Virus record (IMG/VR): IMGVR_UViG_3300020044_010107
Span: 1-47,596 of that record
Direction: 5' to 3' (one strand)
DNA: 47,596 nt
Origin: a virus
Lineage: Duplodnaviria > Caudoviricetes
In this document: positions 1 to 9,036 of the stretch, piece by piece
Position numbering within the stretch: position 1 is the stretch's first letter
Layout of the letters: every line of letters starts with the position of its first letter
Translations under genes and position numbers: made by a program
The notes under the pieces: model-generated
What the model saw: only the letters and a program-made list of their open reading frames with translations
The model's database searches: none
What the model was told of the DNA's origin: nothing

Positions 1-1
1 A

Positions 2-559
2 TGGATGAGCGCTTATTGATGGCACGCCGTCAGATACAGAAATTACAAAATTTCCAGTATCTGCGCTTCCATAAGCATTAGTAACTCGGCAAAAATATGT
101 TCCACCATCTGTACTTGTCGAATATTTTGTATAAGTTGACGTATTAGCTCCATTTGAAGTTCCTAAAATACTACTATTCTTATACCATTGATAAGTTAAA
201 GGAGTTTCTCCATCTGCGCTAGTAACTGATAAATTTAATACGTCTGAATTATTTGTATTTTGACTGCTATAATGAATTGAATAAGACCCAACAGGATCTT
301 GTGTGCTTATTATTCTTGGAGATAAATGCAAAGTTGCAGCGCTGCTAGTAACGGTATTTAATCCTGTTAAAACGACATCGTAACTTCCTTCGTTACCCAT
401 AGTAATCGTGCTAATTGTATAGCTTGCTGTTACTCCAGTTCCGGCGCCTGCAGTACCTGTAGCTCCTATTATATTACTTCCACCTTTTCTCCATTGGTAA
501 GAAACAGAAGTTGTACAATTAAAAGTTACAGTGAATGTAACGGATTGATTTGTAGTTTT
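2..559 (-). CDS. Partial tandem immunoglobulin (I-set-like) domain protein; no start codon, runs off the window; not in the ORF track
   Basis: Hand translation gives an open frame KTTNQSVTFTVTFNCTTSVSYQWRKGG...EGSYDVVL...TPLTYQWYKN...DGGTYFCRVTNAYGSA, with Ig W and D-x-G-x-Y-x-C motifs. More AT-rich than the rest of the window. An in-frame stop lies a few codons upstream. Confidence 0.8.
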
Positions 560-869
560 TCCCGTCGTTGTAAAGATAAACGTGATGATTTAATTGCTGA
601 TTGGAATTGCTTTCCATGACCTCAACCATAGCGGATTTGTGGTGATCAATCCAAATGAGGTCTACCCGCTTTCCAAGTTTAAACATTTCCTCTTTCTTGA
701 GTGAAACATCCATCATGTAAACCTCCGATCCATCCGGCATGGCTTCAATTTCATGCAGCGGTTGCCCGTAGTCGTACCCGATCAGGTTGATGTCTGGATG
801 TGCGATTTTTGCCAGCGCCCCGCAGGTGATCCCGTCGAGGTCTGCGCTGTGGTAGATTGCGTATTTCAT
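519..869 (-). pseudogene. DHH-family phosphoesterase, N-terminal part, truncated at the junction near 556-562
   Basis: YHSADLDG, MMDVS and WIDHH motifs. Only 116 aa; the last residues overlap the Ig frame. Confidence 0.85.
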
Positions 870-1195
870 TGTAATTGCGGTATTTTAGAGTTTGAGATAA
901 TTTTCAACTCAACCATTTCCTTAACAAAATTAACCGAGTCAATCATTATTGAGGGGATATCAGGGAATCTACAATCAAGGGCAGGCACCTCAATGCCCAT
1001 GAGATACATGCAAGGCTGCATCCCTTTAAAAAAGATGGCATTATCAGTTTTGAAAGAAATGTAGGTATCTACCTGATAAACTTTTGATCCACTTGGATAG
1101 GGGGCGGAGTGATAAATTTCTCGAATATCAGCGTCAACCGGGAATGCAAAAACCCTGCTTGAGCCATTCTGTTTGAACGTCAATAGTAAATCCAT
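866..1195 (-). CDS. Hypothetical protein
   Basis: 109 aa ORF overlapping both neighbouring genes. Confidence 0.6.
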   Translation of the reverse strand: MDLLLTFKQNGSSRVFAFPVDADIREIYHSAPYPSGSKVYQVDTYISFKTDNAIFFKGMQPCMYLMGIEVPALDCRFPDIPSIMIDSVNFVKEMVELKIISNSKIPQLQ

Positions 1196-2796
1196 TATGC
1201 AGCCTTGTATTGGTGGATAAACAGAGCGAATTGCTCTAGGTCAGTTCGGAAATGATCCGGTAATGCACCCATGGCGACACTTTCCGTCGCAAACAGGCTT
1301 TGGTTTACCTCAATGGTTTTCCAAAGCCTTTGTTTTTCAGGCACTAACAGGAATAAAGTGTTGATTCTATTGGTTCGGAAAATTTGCCCATCCAAAAGGA
1401 AACCATCAGGAAACAAAATCCTCAAAAACTTGTGGAGTTTTAGGCTGTCCAGGTGATCGATGATCTTGGATAGGTCTTCCACAAATGAGGCGAAGATTGA
1501 CTTCACAAAATCCATTCTTTTGATTTGGGCCTCGGTGTTCCGTATTTGAGCCTCAATCTCACCTTTTGCTTTGAGTAGACTGTCATACTCAGCCCGGGAC
1601 AAGGTACCGTCTACAAGCAGCTTCAAAGCCCGGGCCATTCGGTCGGACTCCAATTGTAGTTTTTCATTCAGGCTCGATAGGGTGGAGGTGAGGCTCCTGC
1701 GTTCTTTGTCGGTACGCTCCCTAAGGATGTCCACCAGCTCCTTTTTGGTCGGTTCGGAAAATTTCAATTCAGCCAACATGTTGATGATGGCCGTGTCCAC
1801 CTTTTCCTTTGGGATACGGAAATGTTTTTGGTTTTGGATACACCTATAATAATAGTACACCTTAATCCCTCCAGCGTTTCTTTTGTGGGGCATGTCGCTG
1901 GAAACATGTCCGTGGCATGTTGGGCACCGTAGTGAACGTTTGGCTGGGAAAAGGGAGTCTGATTCTTTTGTTTTCCCAGGCTTTACTTTTCCATCCATTA
2001 CGTCAATGGCCAGATTGAACAGCTCCCAACTTACAAGCCCCTGAAATTTACCCGGCACGGTTTTGGTTTCATATCCAGCCAGTGACGTTTTGGCCACCAC
2101 CATTCCGGCGTACACCGGATTACGTAGGTTGTCCAGGTAGCTTTGTTTGGCTCCAAATACTTTACGGCCTCCAAGTTGTTGGTAGGCGTGTAGAGCTGGA
2201 GTGCCCGTGGCAATGAGTTTGTACACTTGCTCGTACAGTGGTTGTAATTCAGGATCCGGCTTTATCATCCATTTCCCCCGTTCATCTTTCCCGGCCCGAA
2301 TGTAGCCCCGTGGCGGCTGATGGAGGTAGTACCCTTCCATTTTCCATTGATACAAACAGCGACGGGTACGGCTTGAGATGGCCCTGCTTTCTGCTTCAGC
2401 CATACCGGACCGTAGGGCATGCATGACAATGCTTCCCCCGTCCTCGGAGTTCAGCCAAAGGTGAGGCTGCGGGCTGTTCACCATCACCCCAATTTCTTGA
2501 AAACGGTTTCTCCAGATAGCGGATTGAACCGTGTTTCTGAACCATCTATCCCAGTCGTGAATTACCAAAAGCTCAATCTTATCTTTCCCCCGGGCTCTGC
2601 GTTGGCACTCTTGGAATATCTTTTGCAGCACTGGCCTATTTTCATCCTGGCCGGACTCCACTTCAGTGAATTCCTTTACCACCTCATAGCCGATAGTAAG
2701 GCAATCTTTCCGGTTCCGTTCGTGTTGAGAGTCGGTGGAGATACCGTCTTTTTGCTTTCCAGTACTGACGCGGGCGTAAGAAATGGCTTTTTTCAT
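1195..2796 (-). CDS. Large serine recombinase (phage integrase)
   Basis: Catalytic YARVST, EVESG, DRWFRN, recombinase domain (PPRGY; LRNPVYAG), zinc ribbon CPTC...YYRC, coiled coil. Confidence 0.93.
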   Translation of the reverse strand: MKKAISYARVSTGKQKDGISTDSQHERNRKDCLTIGYEVVKEFTEVESGQDENRPVLQKIFQECQRRARGKDKIELLVIHDWDRWFRNTVQSAIWRNRFQEIGVMVNSPQPHLWLNSEDGGSIVMHALRSGMAEAESRAISSRTRRCLYQWKMEGYYLHQPPRGYIRAGKDERGKWMIKPDPELQPLYEQVYKLIATGTPALHAYQQLGGRKVFGAKQSYLDNLRNPVYAGMVVAKTSLAGYETKTVPGKFQGLVSWELFNLAIDVMDGKVKPGKTKESDSLFPAKRSLRCPTCHGHVSSDMPHKRNAGGIKVYYYYRCIQNQKHFRIPKEKVDTAIINMLAELKFSEPTKKELVDILRERTDKERRSLTSTLSSLNEKLQLESDRMARALKLLVDGTLSRAEYDSLLKAKGEIEAQIRNTEAQIKRMDFVKSIFASFVEDLSKIIDHLDSLKLHKFLRILFPDGFLLDGQIFRTNRINTLFLLVPEKQRLWKTIEVNQSLFATESVAMGALPDHFRTDLEQFALFIHQYKAA

Positions 2797-2819
2797 GACT
2801 ATGGTTTTCGGATTATAAT

Positions 2820-3119
2820 TTAACGTTGAACTTCCACCTGAGCAACAAACCCCTGCTCAAGCTGAGAAATAATGTACCGCAAATGCTCTGCACTATCTCT
2901 TAATCCGTTTTGATGTGCTCCATGTATGTTGGCAATCAATCCTTGGATCAGCGTCACGGTTGCGGCCTGTACTCCAAATTTATTCAAATTCCCATCAGTT
3001 CCAAAATATTGATTTTCGTCAAGCGGTGGAGGGATATTCATTGATACAGATGCGCTATGAATTGTTGGCTCTCCATTGACCATTGCAAATTCAACAGTTG
3101 AGATGGCTGATATTTTCAT
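2820..3119 (-). CDS. Hypothetical phage protein
   Basis: 99 aa ORF in operon context. Confidence 0.65.
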   Translation of the reverse strand: MKISAISTVEFAMVNGEPTIHSASVSMNIPPPLDENQYFGTDGNLNKFGVQAATVTLIQGLIANIHGAHQNGLRDSAEHLRYIISQLEQGFVAQVEVQR

Positions 3120-3130
3120 GATATTGGTTG

Positions 3131-3622
3131 TTAAAATGGTAAATCTTGATCACCTTTCGAGTTCCTGTGAGATTCAACCCACTTCCCTTTGTCCAGTTTA
3201 AGCACTATCGTTTCATCCTTTGTGTCCACATAGCACCATCCGCAACAGACATTCCCACTATGGTATTGGTTGTCACAAAATATCGTTATCCCGTGCCCCA
3301 ATAAAGACGACTCTAAAAAACAGGGCTGACTTAATGATCTTCTGATCGGGTTCCTAAAAGCATTCTCAGCATGAAGCATCAACGAATCCAATGGAGCAGT
3401 GCGAATAAGTTTTCCATTTACGTGCCTACCGGGATACCACTGGAAAAAACCAATGTCCTTTAGGTGTCTTGCAACTGTTCGCGTCAGCCACGAAGGTGAG
3501 TGGTCGTGACTTCTTTGATTGATCAAAAAATTGATCAAAAGACTAGGCTTGCCCTCTTGAACGTAATACGGTGAACGATTCAGTTCGAGGGAGATGCGGC
3601 GGAAGTATTTTTTATTGGACAT
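3131..3622 (-). CDS. Hypothetical phage protein (likely start MSNKKY)
   Basis: ORF ending in DLPF, a common phage C-terminal motif. Confidence 0.55.
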   Translation of the reverse strand: MSNKKYFRRISLELNRSPYYVQEGKPSLLINFLINQRSHDHSPSWLTRTVARHLKDIGFFQWYPGRHVNGKLIRTAPLDSLMLHAENAFRNPIRRSLSQPCFLESSLLGHGITIFCDNQYHSGNVCCGWCYVDTKDETIVLKLDKGKWVESHRNSKGDQDLPF

Positions 3623-3778
3623 CACAAAGGGAATTGCCGACACTCCAAATCCGCTGGAATGGGTTGGATTTTGTCGATTTGTTTGAAGAAATATGGAATA
3701 GATTGGCTTGGTGATTTCTCGCCCTGATACATGCAAGTACTTTACATCGTACCAACAGTATTCTTCTTCTGGTATTTT

Positions 3779-3877
3779 TCAATAGCCAATGACCATTGAG
3801 ATAGCCGCCGAAATCATGACCGCCACAATGATGATTATGGCCAAATCTTTTTTTGGAGGTAAGAAGGTTAGTGCCAT
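3779..3877 (-). CDS. Small single-TM peptide (32 aa), not in the ORF track
   Basis: MALTFLPPKKDLAIIIIVAVMISAAISMVIGY*, starting 2 nt after the upstream stop. Confidence 0.45.
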   Translation of the reverse strand: MALTFLPPKKDLAIIIIVAVMISAAISMVIGY

Positions 3878-3879
3878 GA

Positions 3880-4656
3880 TTACGCTTTTTCGCCGTGAGT
3901 AAGTAGCATTGCTGCCTTTTCAAATCCTATGTTCTCAAATTCGATGACCCAAACCCATGGGTTGATTTTGTGGGCGTCTTTGCCGTTGATGGAATTCCAA
4001 AGGGAAATATAACTCTTGATTGGGTCACACCAAAAAGAGGCAAACTTTGGAGAGTAGTCTTGCCATGCTCCGGATTCTCGGCGCAAAATCCCTTCGGCAA
4101 TCGCGTCCTTCTCCAAAATATCCATCAGCCTTTCAACTCGGATGTCGGTGATTTGGAGCCAGATTCGGGACGCTTTTTTGGGCATGAAAAGAGATGGGCG
4201 CTTAAACCATCCCTTTACCTGAAATTCTCTTTTTTTCATTATTGAATCAGGTGGATCATTTTCATATTTCCAACCAATATCATTAAGGTCAGAAAGGTCA
4301 AAGAAAGTCCAGTTCCCTAAAATATCTTTATCCCAATATCCATAAGCGTAGAATGCTTCCCGCCCGTAAAGAATGTCACTAATCTTACCATATGGGCATT
4401 TGGCCAACTTATCCATTGTGGAGCAATGAAACCAAGCCTCAACAACTTCTGCTTCGTATCGGTGGTACTGCCCTTCATAATCCTTAATCAACTCACCCGG
4501 ATGCATTACTACCGGATCATTTGGGCATGGATGCGGGCCGCCGTTTGTCCAACATCCATTGAACGAATCTTTAATAATCCTCCTGGTTTGAGTCTTGCGC
4601 CCCTGCAAAATAGCCTCAACCATATCTTTTGAAAACAATATCGGTCTGCTTTTCAT
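3880..4656 (-). CDS. ASCH/PUA-like conserved phage protein
   Basis: MKSRPILF...AILQGRKTQTRR, CPYGK, PSLFMPKKASRIWL, NPWVWVIEF signatures. Confidence 0.8.
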   Translation of the reverse strand: MKSRPILFSKDMVEAILQGRKTQTRRIIKDSFNGCWTNGGPHPCPNDPVVMHPGELIKDYEGQYHRYEAEVVEAWFHCSTMDKLAKCPYGKISDILYGREAFYAYGYWDKDILGNWTFFDLSDLNDIGWKYENDPPDSIMKKREFQVKGWFKRPSLFMPKKASRIWLQITDIRVERLMDILEKDAIAEGILRRESGAWQDYSPKFASFWCDPIKSYISLWNSINGKDAHKINPWVWVIEFENIGFEKAAMLLTHGEKA

Positions 4657-4787
4657 AACTACGGATTTAAAGGTGAAGAGCCGGGAAGGAAGCACCTAAT
4701 GCCTCAACCTCCCAGCGGTAAACAAGTATATTTTAAAACAGGATCACCGCCAAAACAGTCACACCAATGGCGAAGATCAACCAAGTG

Positions 4788-4880
4788 TTATTGTCCCACT
4801 TTTTCATCTGTTTCAATTTTTGAAGCCTGCTCTTTGGCAAGCTCGTATAGTATTTCAAATAGGATTTCAACCTCACTCAT
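4788..4880 (-). CDS. Possible 30 aa peptide
   Basis: MSEVEILFEILYELAKEQASKIETDEKVGQ* with an A-rich upstream region. Confidence 0.3.
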   Translation of the reverse strand: MSEVEILFEILYELAKEQASKIETDEKVGQ

Positions 4881-4921
4881 TTTATACAGTAATTTGAATG
4901 TTTTGAATAAAAAGGAGCAGC

Positions 4922-7480
4922 CTAAGCTGCCCCCATCAAATCAAACAGCGTTGGTGCGCTTATCTTCAACTCAATGCTCTTTAGGTAATGCAAAGCATCT
5001 TTGTAGTATTCGTTATTCAATTCGGTTCCTAGGCCATAGCGGCCCATCTCAACTGCCTTGTAAGGTACGGTTCCGATACCTCCGAAAGGATCAAAAACCA
5101 CCTCTCCTTTGTTTGAAAACCGTTCAATGCACCTTTCAACAACATCCAACTGAAGCGGGCAAACATGCTGCTCCTTTTTCCGGTTGGCTTGGTTCAGGTT
5201 CAGGGTACGCATTCTGATTACATCATCCCAAATCCATTCCTTTGCCTCATCGGTCATTGGTGGAGTGAGGAGGGAGAATGTTTTAGGTAGTTTCCCTTTT
5301 TCGTTCAGTCTTTCAGCAACCTCGATGTGGGTTTTGTAGTCGTACCCGGATTCGTTGAAATAGTCGTGGAGCTTCTTTTTGACAATCTTTAGGCCATTTT
5401 CTCCTCCGGCAATCTTCACAAGTTGGTCAATGTCCAATAACCGATCACCCGAACTTCTCCAAATAGCGTCAGCGTCAACCTGCCAGCGGCCCAACCCGTA
5501 TTCATCTTTATTGTGGGTCACTGGAATATCTGCGTAAGCTTTGGATTTATCAGACTGCGGTTTACGGAAACAAAGCAGGAACTCGGGTGAACCAAATCCC
5601 ATCTTGGTGCCATCCTTGACCATCTCACCGTAGGTCAGGCGGTAGGTTTGGTTGTTTTCCGCAACCACATCCGTGGGTATAATGGCCATTCCCATGTATT
5701 CCCAGCCGTGCTGCATAAATGCGAACATGGTTTTGGCGTGGAATGGATTGACCGTGGAGAATCCGGTACCAGTTTGGGAGCCGTAGAAAATACGGTCCTT
5801 CACATGGACGCAAGCAACCCGGCCTGGTTTGGTGATCCGTAACAGTTCCGGTATCAGGTAGTCCATTTGGGCAAAAAAATGTGCGTCGTTATCGGTATGC
5901 CCAAAGTCTAGGTAAGAAGGGGTGTACTCGTAATGATTGGAAAAGGGGATTGAAGTCACAATCAGGTCAACCGAATTGTCATTCATTCCCTGGCATTCCT
6001 GCACACAATCGTTATTAATGAACTTCCATTTTTTGCCCCACATCTCCTGGCGCTGGACAGTGGACGACCTTTGCAGTGCCTTGACCATTGACAGCTGGTT
6101 CAATCCGTGCTCAGATACGATTTCCCGCATGGTAGCCTGCATCTCTTCGTGGCGTTTCCACTTCGCTTTCAACTCACTAAGGATTGCCCGTTCGGTTTCG
6201 GTGTAGATGATATGGACCTCAACCGATTCTTTTTGCAAAAAACGGTGCGTCCGGTGGATTGCCTGAATGAAATCATTGAAATCATAGTTGATTCCAAGGA
6301 AAATGTTTTTGTGGCAATGCCGTTGAAAGTTGCAGCCTGAACCGGACAATTCAGGTTTTGTATTCAGGATCCTGATTTCTCCATTTGAAAAACCAATTAC
6401 CCGGTCTTCACGGGTTTCAAGGTCAAGGGAACCATAAACAGAAGTGCTTTCTGGAATTGCTTTTTCCAAGCCTGCACGTTCAGATTCCAGGTGGTGCCAG
6501 ATCAACCAGTGCGAAGTATTGTCTTGTGATACAATCTCTTTGGCTTTGGCGAGTCGCTCAACTTGGCTTTCTCTTTTTTCCTGCGCTCCAGCTACAAGGC
6601 CCATAGCCTCATGTTGAAGTAGGAAGGCTTGCCCGTTTTGATCAGTTTTGCCCCAGGCTTTGGTGTGGTCGGTTGGGATTTCGTGGAAGATCACCTTCAT
6701 TTCGGGTAATTCATATCCTTCATCACTGTACCCAAGGTCGCTTGGTTTGTACAGCATCAAAGCCCAGGAGCAAACCCAATACCAAAATTCACGTTCTTTG
6801 TGGGGGTGAATTTTCAGGTTGCCAGCTTTTTGGGAGTCACGTTTGAAGAATCTAGTTAGAGCCTGGCCCCGGTCCATTACTCCAAGGAAATGGGCGTAAT
6901 TGATCAGTTCAATGTAGCGATTTGGGCTTGGAGTTGCCGTGAATACAAAACGGTATTTCACCCCCTGGAAAACATTCATAAAAGTATCAAAGGTCAGGGA
7001 ACCTGTAGAGCGCAAGATAGAGGCTTCATCCAAGCAAACGACGGTGAACTTCGACGGGTCAATGTGGCCGTCACGTACACGTTCGTAATTGGTAATGAAT
7101 ACCGGCAAAAGATCCTCTTCTTCCATTTGCCTACTAAACATTATCATTTCTGCTTCATGGTTAGACCTGACATACTCAATCTCAACCCCCATTTCAGGCC
7201 CATCTTTACGGGTGAACTCCTGGCGAACTCCCAATGGGGCAATAATAAGAGCTTGGCCGCCTTCATGCTGAAGGACCTGCCTACATATCTCTATGTTGAC
7301 CCGTGTTTTGCCCAAACCAAAAGAAGAGAAGATTGCACGACAACCACCATCTAAGGCCCAAAGAACCGTATCCCGCTGATGGGGATACAAAGACGGGTGG
7401 AGCTGATCAGGATTGACCGAAAATCCAGACTTTTGAGCCTGAACTACTTTTGAGCTGATAAATTCATTGTAAGTTTTCAT
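4922..7480 (-). CDS. SNF2-like helicase fused to an N4/N6 DNA methyltransferase (beta-class motif order)
   Basis: FGLGKT, CLDEAS, TATPSPN, QAIHRTHRF helicase motifs; then IVTSIPF (motif IV) preceding VFDPFGGIGT (motif I). Confidence 0.88.
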   Translation of the reverse strand: MKTYNEFISSKVVQAQKSGFSVNPDQLHPSLYPHQRDTVLWALDGGCRAIFSSFGLGKTRVNIEICRQVLQHEGGQALIIAPLGVRQEFTRKDGPEMGVEIEYVRSNHEAEMIMFSRQMEEEDLLPVFITNYERVRDGHIDPSKFTVVCLDEASILRSTGSLTFDTFMNVFQGVKYRFVFTATPSPNRYIELINYAHFLGVMDRGQALTRFFKRDSQKAGNLKIHPHKEREFWYWVCSWALMLYKPSDLGYSDEGYELPEMKVIFHEIPTDHTKAWGKTDQNGQAFLLQHEAMGLVAGAQEKRESQVERLAKAKEIVSQDNTSHWLIWHHLESERAGLEKAIPESTSVYGSLDLETREDRVIGFSNGEIRILNTKPELSGSGCNFQRHCHKNIFLGINYDFNDFIQAIHRTHRFLQKESVEVHIIYTETERAILSELKAKWKRHEEMQATMREIVSEHGLNQLSMVKALQRSSTVQRQEMWGKKWKFINNDCVQECQGMNDNSVDLIVTSIPFSNHYEYTPSYLDFGHTDNDAHFFAQMDYLIPELLRITKPGRVACVHVKDRIFYGSQTGTGFSTVNPFHAKTMFAFMQHGWEYMGMAIIPTDVVAENNQTYRLTYGEMVKDGTKMGFGSPEFLLCFRKPQSDKSKAYADIPVTHNKDEYGLGRWQVDADAIWRSSGDRLLDIDQLVKIAGGENGLKIVKKKLHDYFNESGYDYKTHIEVAERLNEKGKLPKTFSLLTPPMTDEAKEWIWDDVIRMRTLNLNQANRKKEQHVCPLQLDVVERCIERFSNKGEVVFDPFGGIGTVPYKAVEMGRYGLGTELNNEYYKDALHYLKSIELKISAPTLFDLMGAA

Positions 7481-7508
7481 GCACCAACGTTTGATTATTC
7501 ATTTTATA

Positions 7509-7516
7509 CAAAATTA
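7509..7516 (-). promoter_or_regulatory. Bacteroidota sigma70 -7 element (TAATTTTG) for the helicase-MTase gene
   Basis: Matches TAnnTTTG 28 nt upstream of the ATG; palindrome ATTATGCATAAT at 7522-7533. Confidence 0.6.
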
Positions 7517-7546
7517 CTAATATTATGCATAATTGCAAGCATAAAA

Positions 7547-8404
7547 TCAGTTTTTTCTTAAACTTTCTCCGTGCCACTGGATTGACTTGAACATTTCAAC
7601 CACCCGGTCGATTTCCCGATGATCCAAAATCTCTTTGAGGGGATCGCTTCCAGGTGAAAGGTTGGTGGTGATCAAAGTTCGGACGTTGTTCTTTTTCCAA
7701 GCTGAGTATCGAGCGGAAAGAAGGTCACCGATGATCTTTTGATCTTGCCCAAAGTGGCGGTAGATAAAGTGAGTTTCTTTGAGTTCATCCAAGATCAGGC
7801 AGTAGTCAGTGTTTAAGACCTTGAAAGCGGTCGGGTCAAACTTCGCCTTTACAAAAAGCAGGTTCATGTCTGCAAACTCCCAGGGTTTCCCGTTGAATTT
7901 CACATCTCCAGGTGATTCGTACAAATACATGAACAGGTCGTGGAGCGCGGTAGCAAAGATCGACTTCCCGCTTCCGACGTTACCCCACAACCAGACCGAT
8001 TTGTTCAGCGGGATTGTGGATTCAGGGTCTCCGATGGCCCACTTCAAAATGTTCTGTACGCTGGTCACATTCTGAGGGTGTACAAAAAACTTGTCATCCT
8101 CTGGAATGTAATCGGCCCAAAAGTCAGCGAAAAGTTTCTTCGCGTCCTTGTAGGTCATCACCTGTTCAATATGCCCAGTGTTGATCCGCTTTTTATGCCA
8201 GATTAAAGCACTGGAAAGCGGATCCGTCTTTTCCGTTTCCTTCCACTCGAATTTATCCAGGCGTTGCAGGACCTGGCCAACTTCCTCTACTGGTTTTCCA
8301 AAGTCGGAGTTTTTACCAAGGAACCCCCGGCCATGATTTGGAGAGAGCTGGGTTTTATCCAAAATCTCTTCCATTGTGGTGGTGGTGTCAATTATTTTTT
8401 CCAT
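7547..8404 (-). CDS. DnaC/IstB-like P-loop ATPase (helicase loader)
   Basis: Walker A WGNVGSGKS, Walker B LILDE, ITTNL, DRVVEM, GESLRK; downstream of the initiator. Confidence 0.85.
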   Translation of the reverse strand: MEKIIDTTTTMEEILDKTQLSPNHGRGFLGKNSDFGKPVEEVGQVLQRLDKFEWKETEKTDPLSSALIWHKKRINTGHIEQVMTYKDAKKLFADFWADYIPEDDKFFVHPQNVTSVQNILKWAIGDPESTIPLNKSVWLWGNVGSGKSIFATALHDLFMYLYESPGDVKFNGKPWEFADMNLLFVKAKFDPTAFKVLNTDYCLILDELKETHFIYRHFGQDQKIIGDLLSARYSAWKKNNVRTLITTNLSPGSDPLKEILDHREIDRVVEMFKSIQWHGESLRKN

Positions 8405-8618
8405 CCTGGTGTTCTTGTGGATTTTCGTAATCAATTTCACCAGTTCCATTGCATTCAGTGCAGGTTTCAGGCGTGTACACAAACCCAACAACCGCACTTT
8501 TCATCCTTATGATTGACCCGTGACCATTGCAGGTTTGGCAAATTTCAGTCCAGGTGCCAAGGGCAAAGTCCTTTGATGCCTGCTGGTCAACTTCTGTGAA
8601 GTCGTTGTTTGTTTTCAT
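8388..8618 (-). CDS. Small DnaJ-type zinc-finger protein
   Basis: CQTCNGHG...CTECNGTG. Confidence 0.7.
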   Translation of the reverse strand: MKTNNDFTEVDQQASKDFALGTWTEICQTCNGHGSIIRMKSAVVGFVYTPETCTECNGTGEIDYENPQEHQDGKNN

Positions 8619-8632
8619 GATTGCACGGGATT

Positions 8633-9025
8633 TTAGGTTTTGACAATTTTCCGACATAGCAAGCCGCCCTTCAAAACATGGTCAAGCAATGCTGTGTTAT
8701 TGGCCAACTTTAGCGTCTCTTCCAAGGTTGGCCGATACCACTCCTCAACTGGTTCCTCGTTTCGTGCAATGTCCTTGTGAAAAGAACTAGTTGCCCACTT
8801 ATTGCACTTGCTACACTTGTGCATGAACGGTGTTACTCCAGCGTCTACGTCTACGGTTTTGGTGATGTGCCCATCCGGACAGGTGTAGACGTTGACTTTG
8901 TTGGTCAAATCCTTTTTGTAAAAATCGTTTGTCAAAACATCTTCCAGAAGCTCGTTGTACTTCTTTGTGATCTGTTGACTGATTGTTGGTTTTGCCGATT
9001 TCACTGGCTTTTTCTTATTTCTCAT
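8633..9025 (-). CDS. Hypothetical protein with putative Zn ligands
   Basis: CPDGH...CSKC; start MRNKKK. Confidence 0.65.
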   Translation of the reverse strand: MRNKKKPVKSAKPTISQQITKKYNELLEDVLTNDFYKKDLTNKVNVYTCPDGHITKTVDVDAGVTPFMHKCSKCNKWATSSFHKDIARNEEPVEEWYRPTLEETLKLANNTALLDHVLKGGLLCRKIVKT

Positions 9026-9036
9026 AACTATGGATT

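Noticed and set aside
3612-3923. 103 aa minus-strand ORF
   Set aside because: It overlaps neighbours; the 32 aa TM peptide at 3779..3877 has a better start context.
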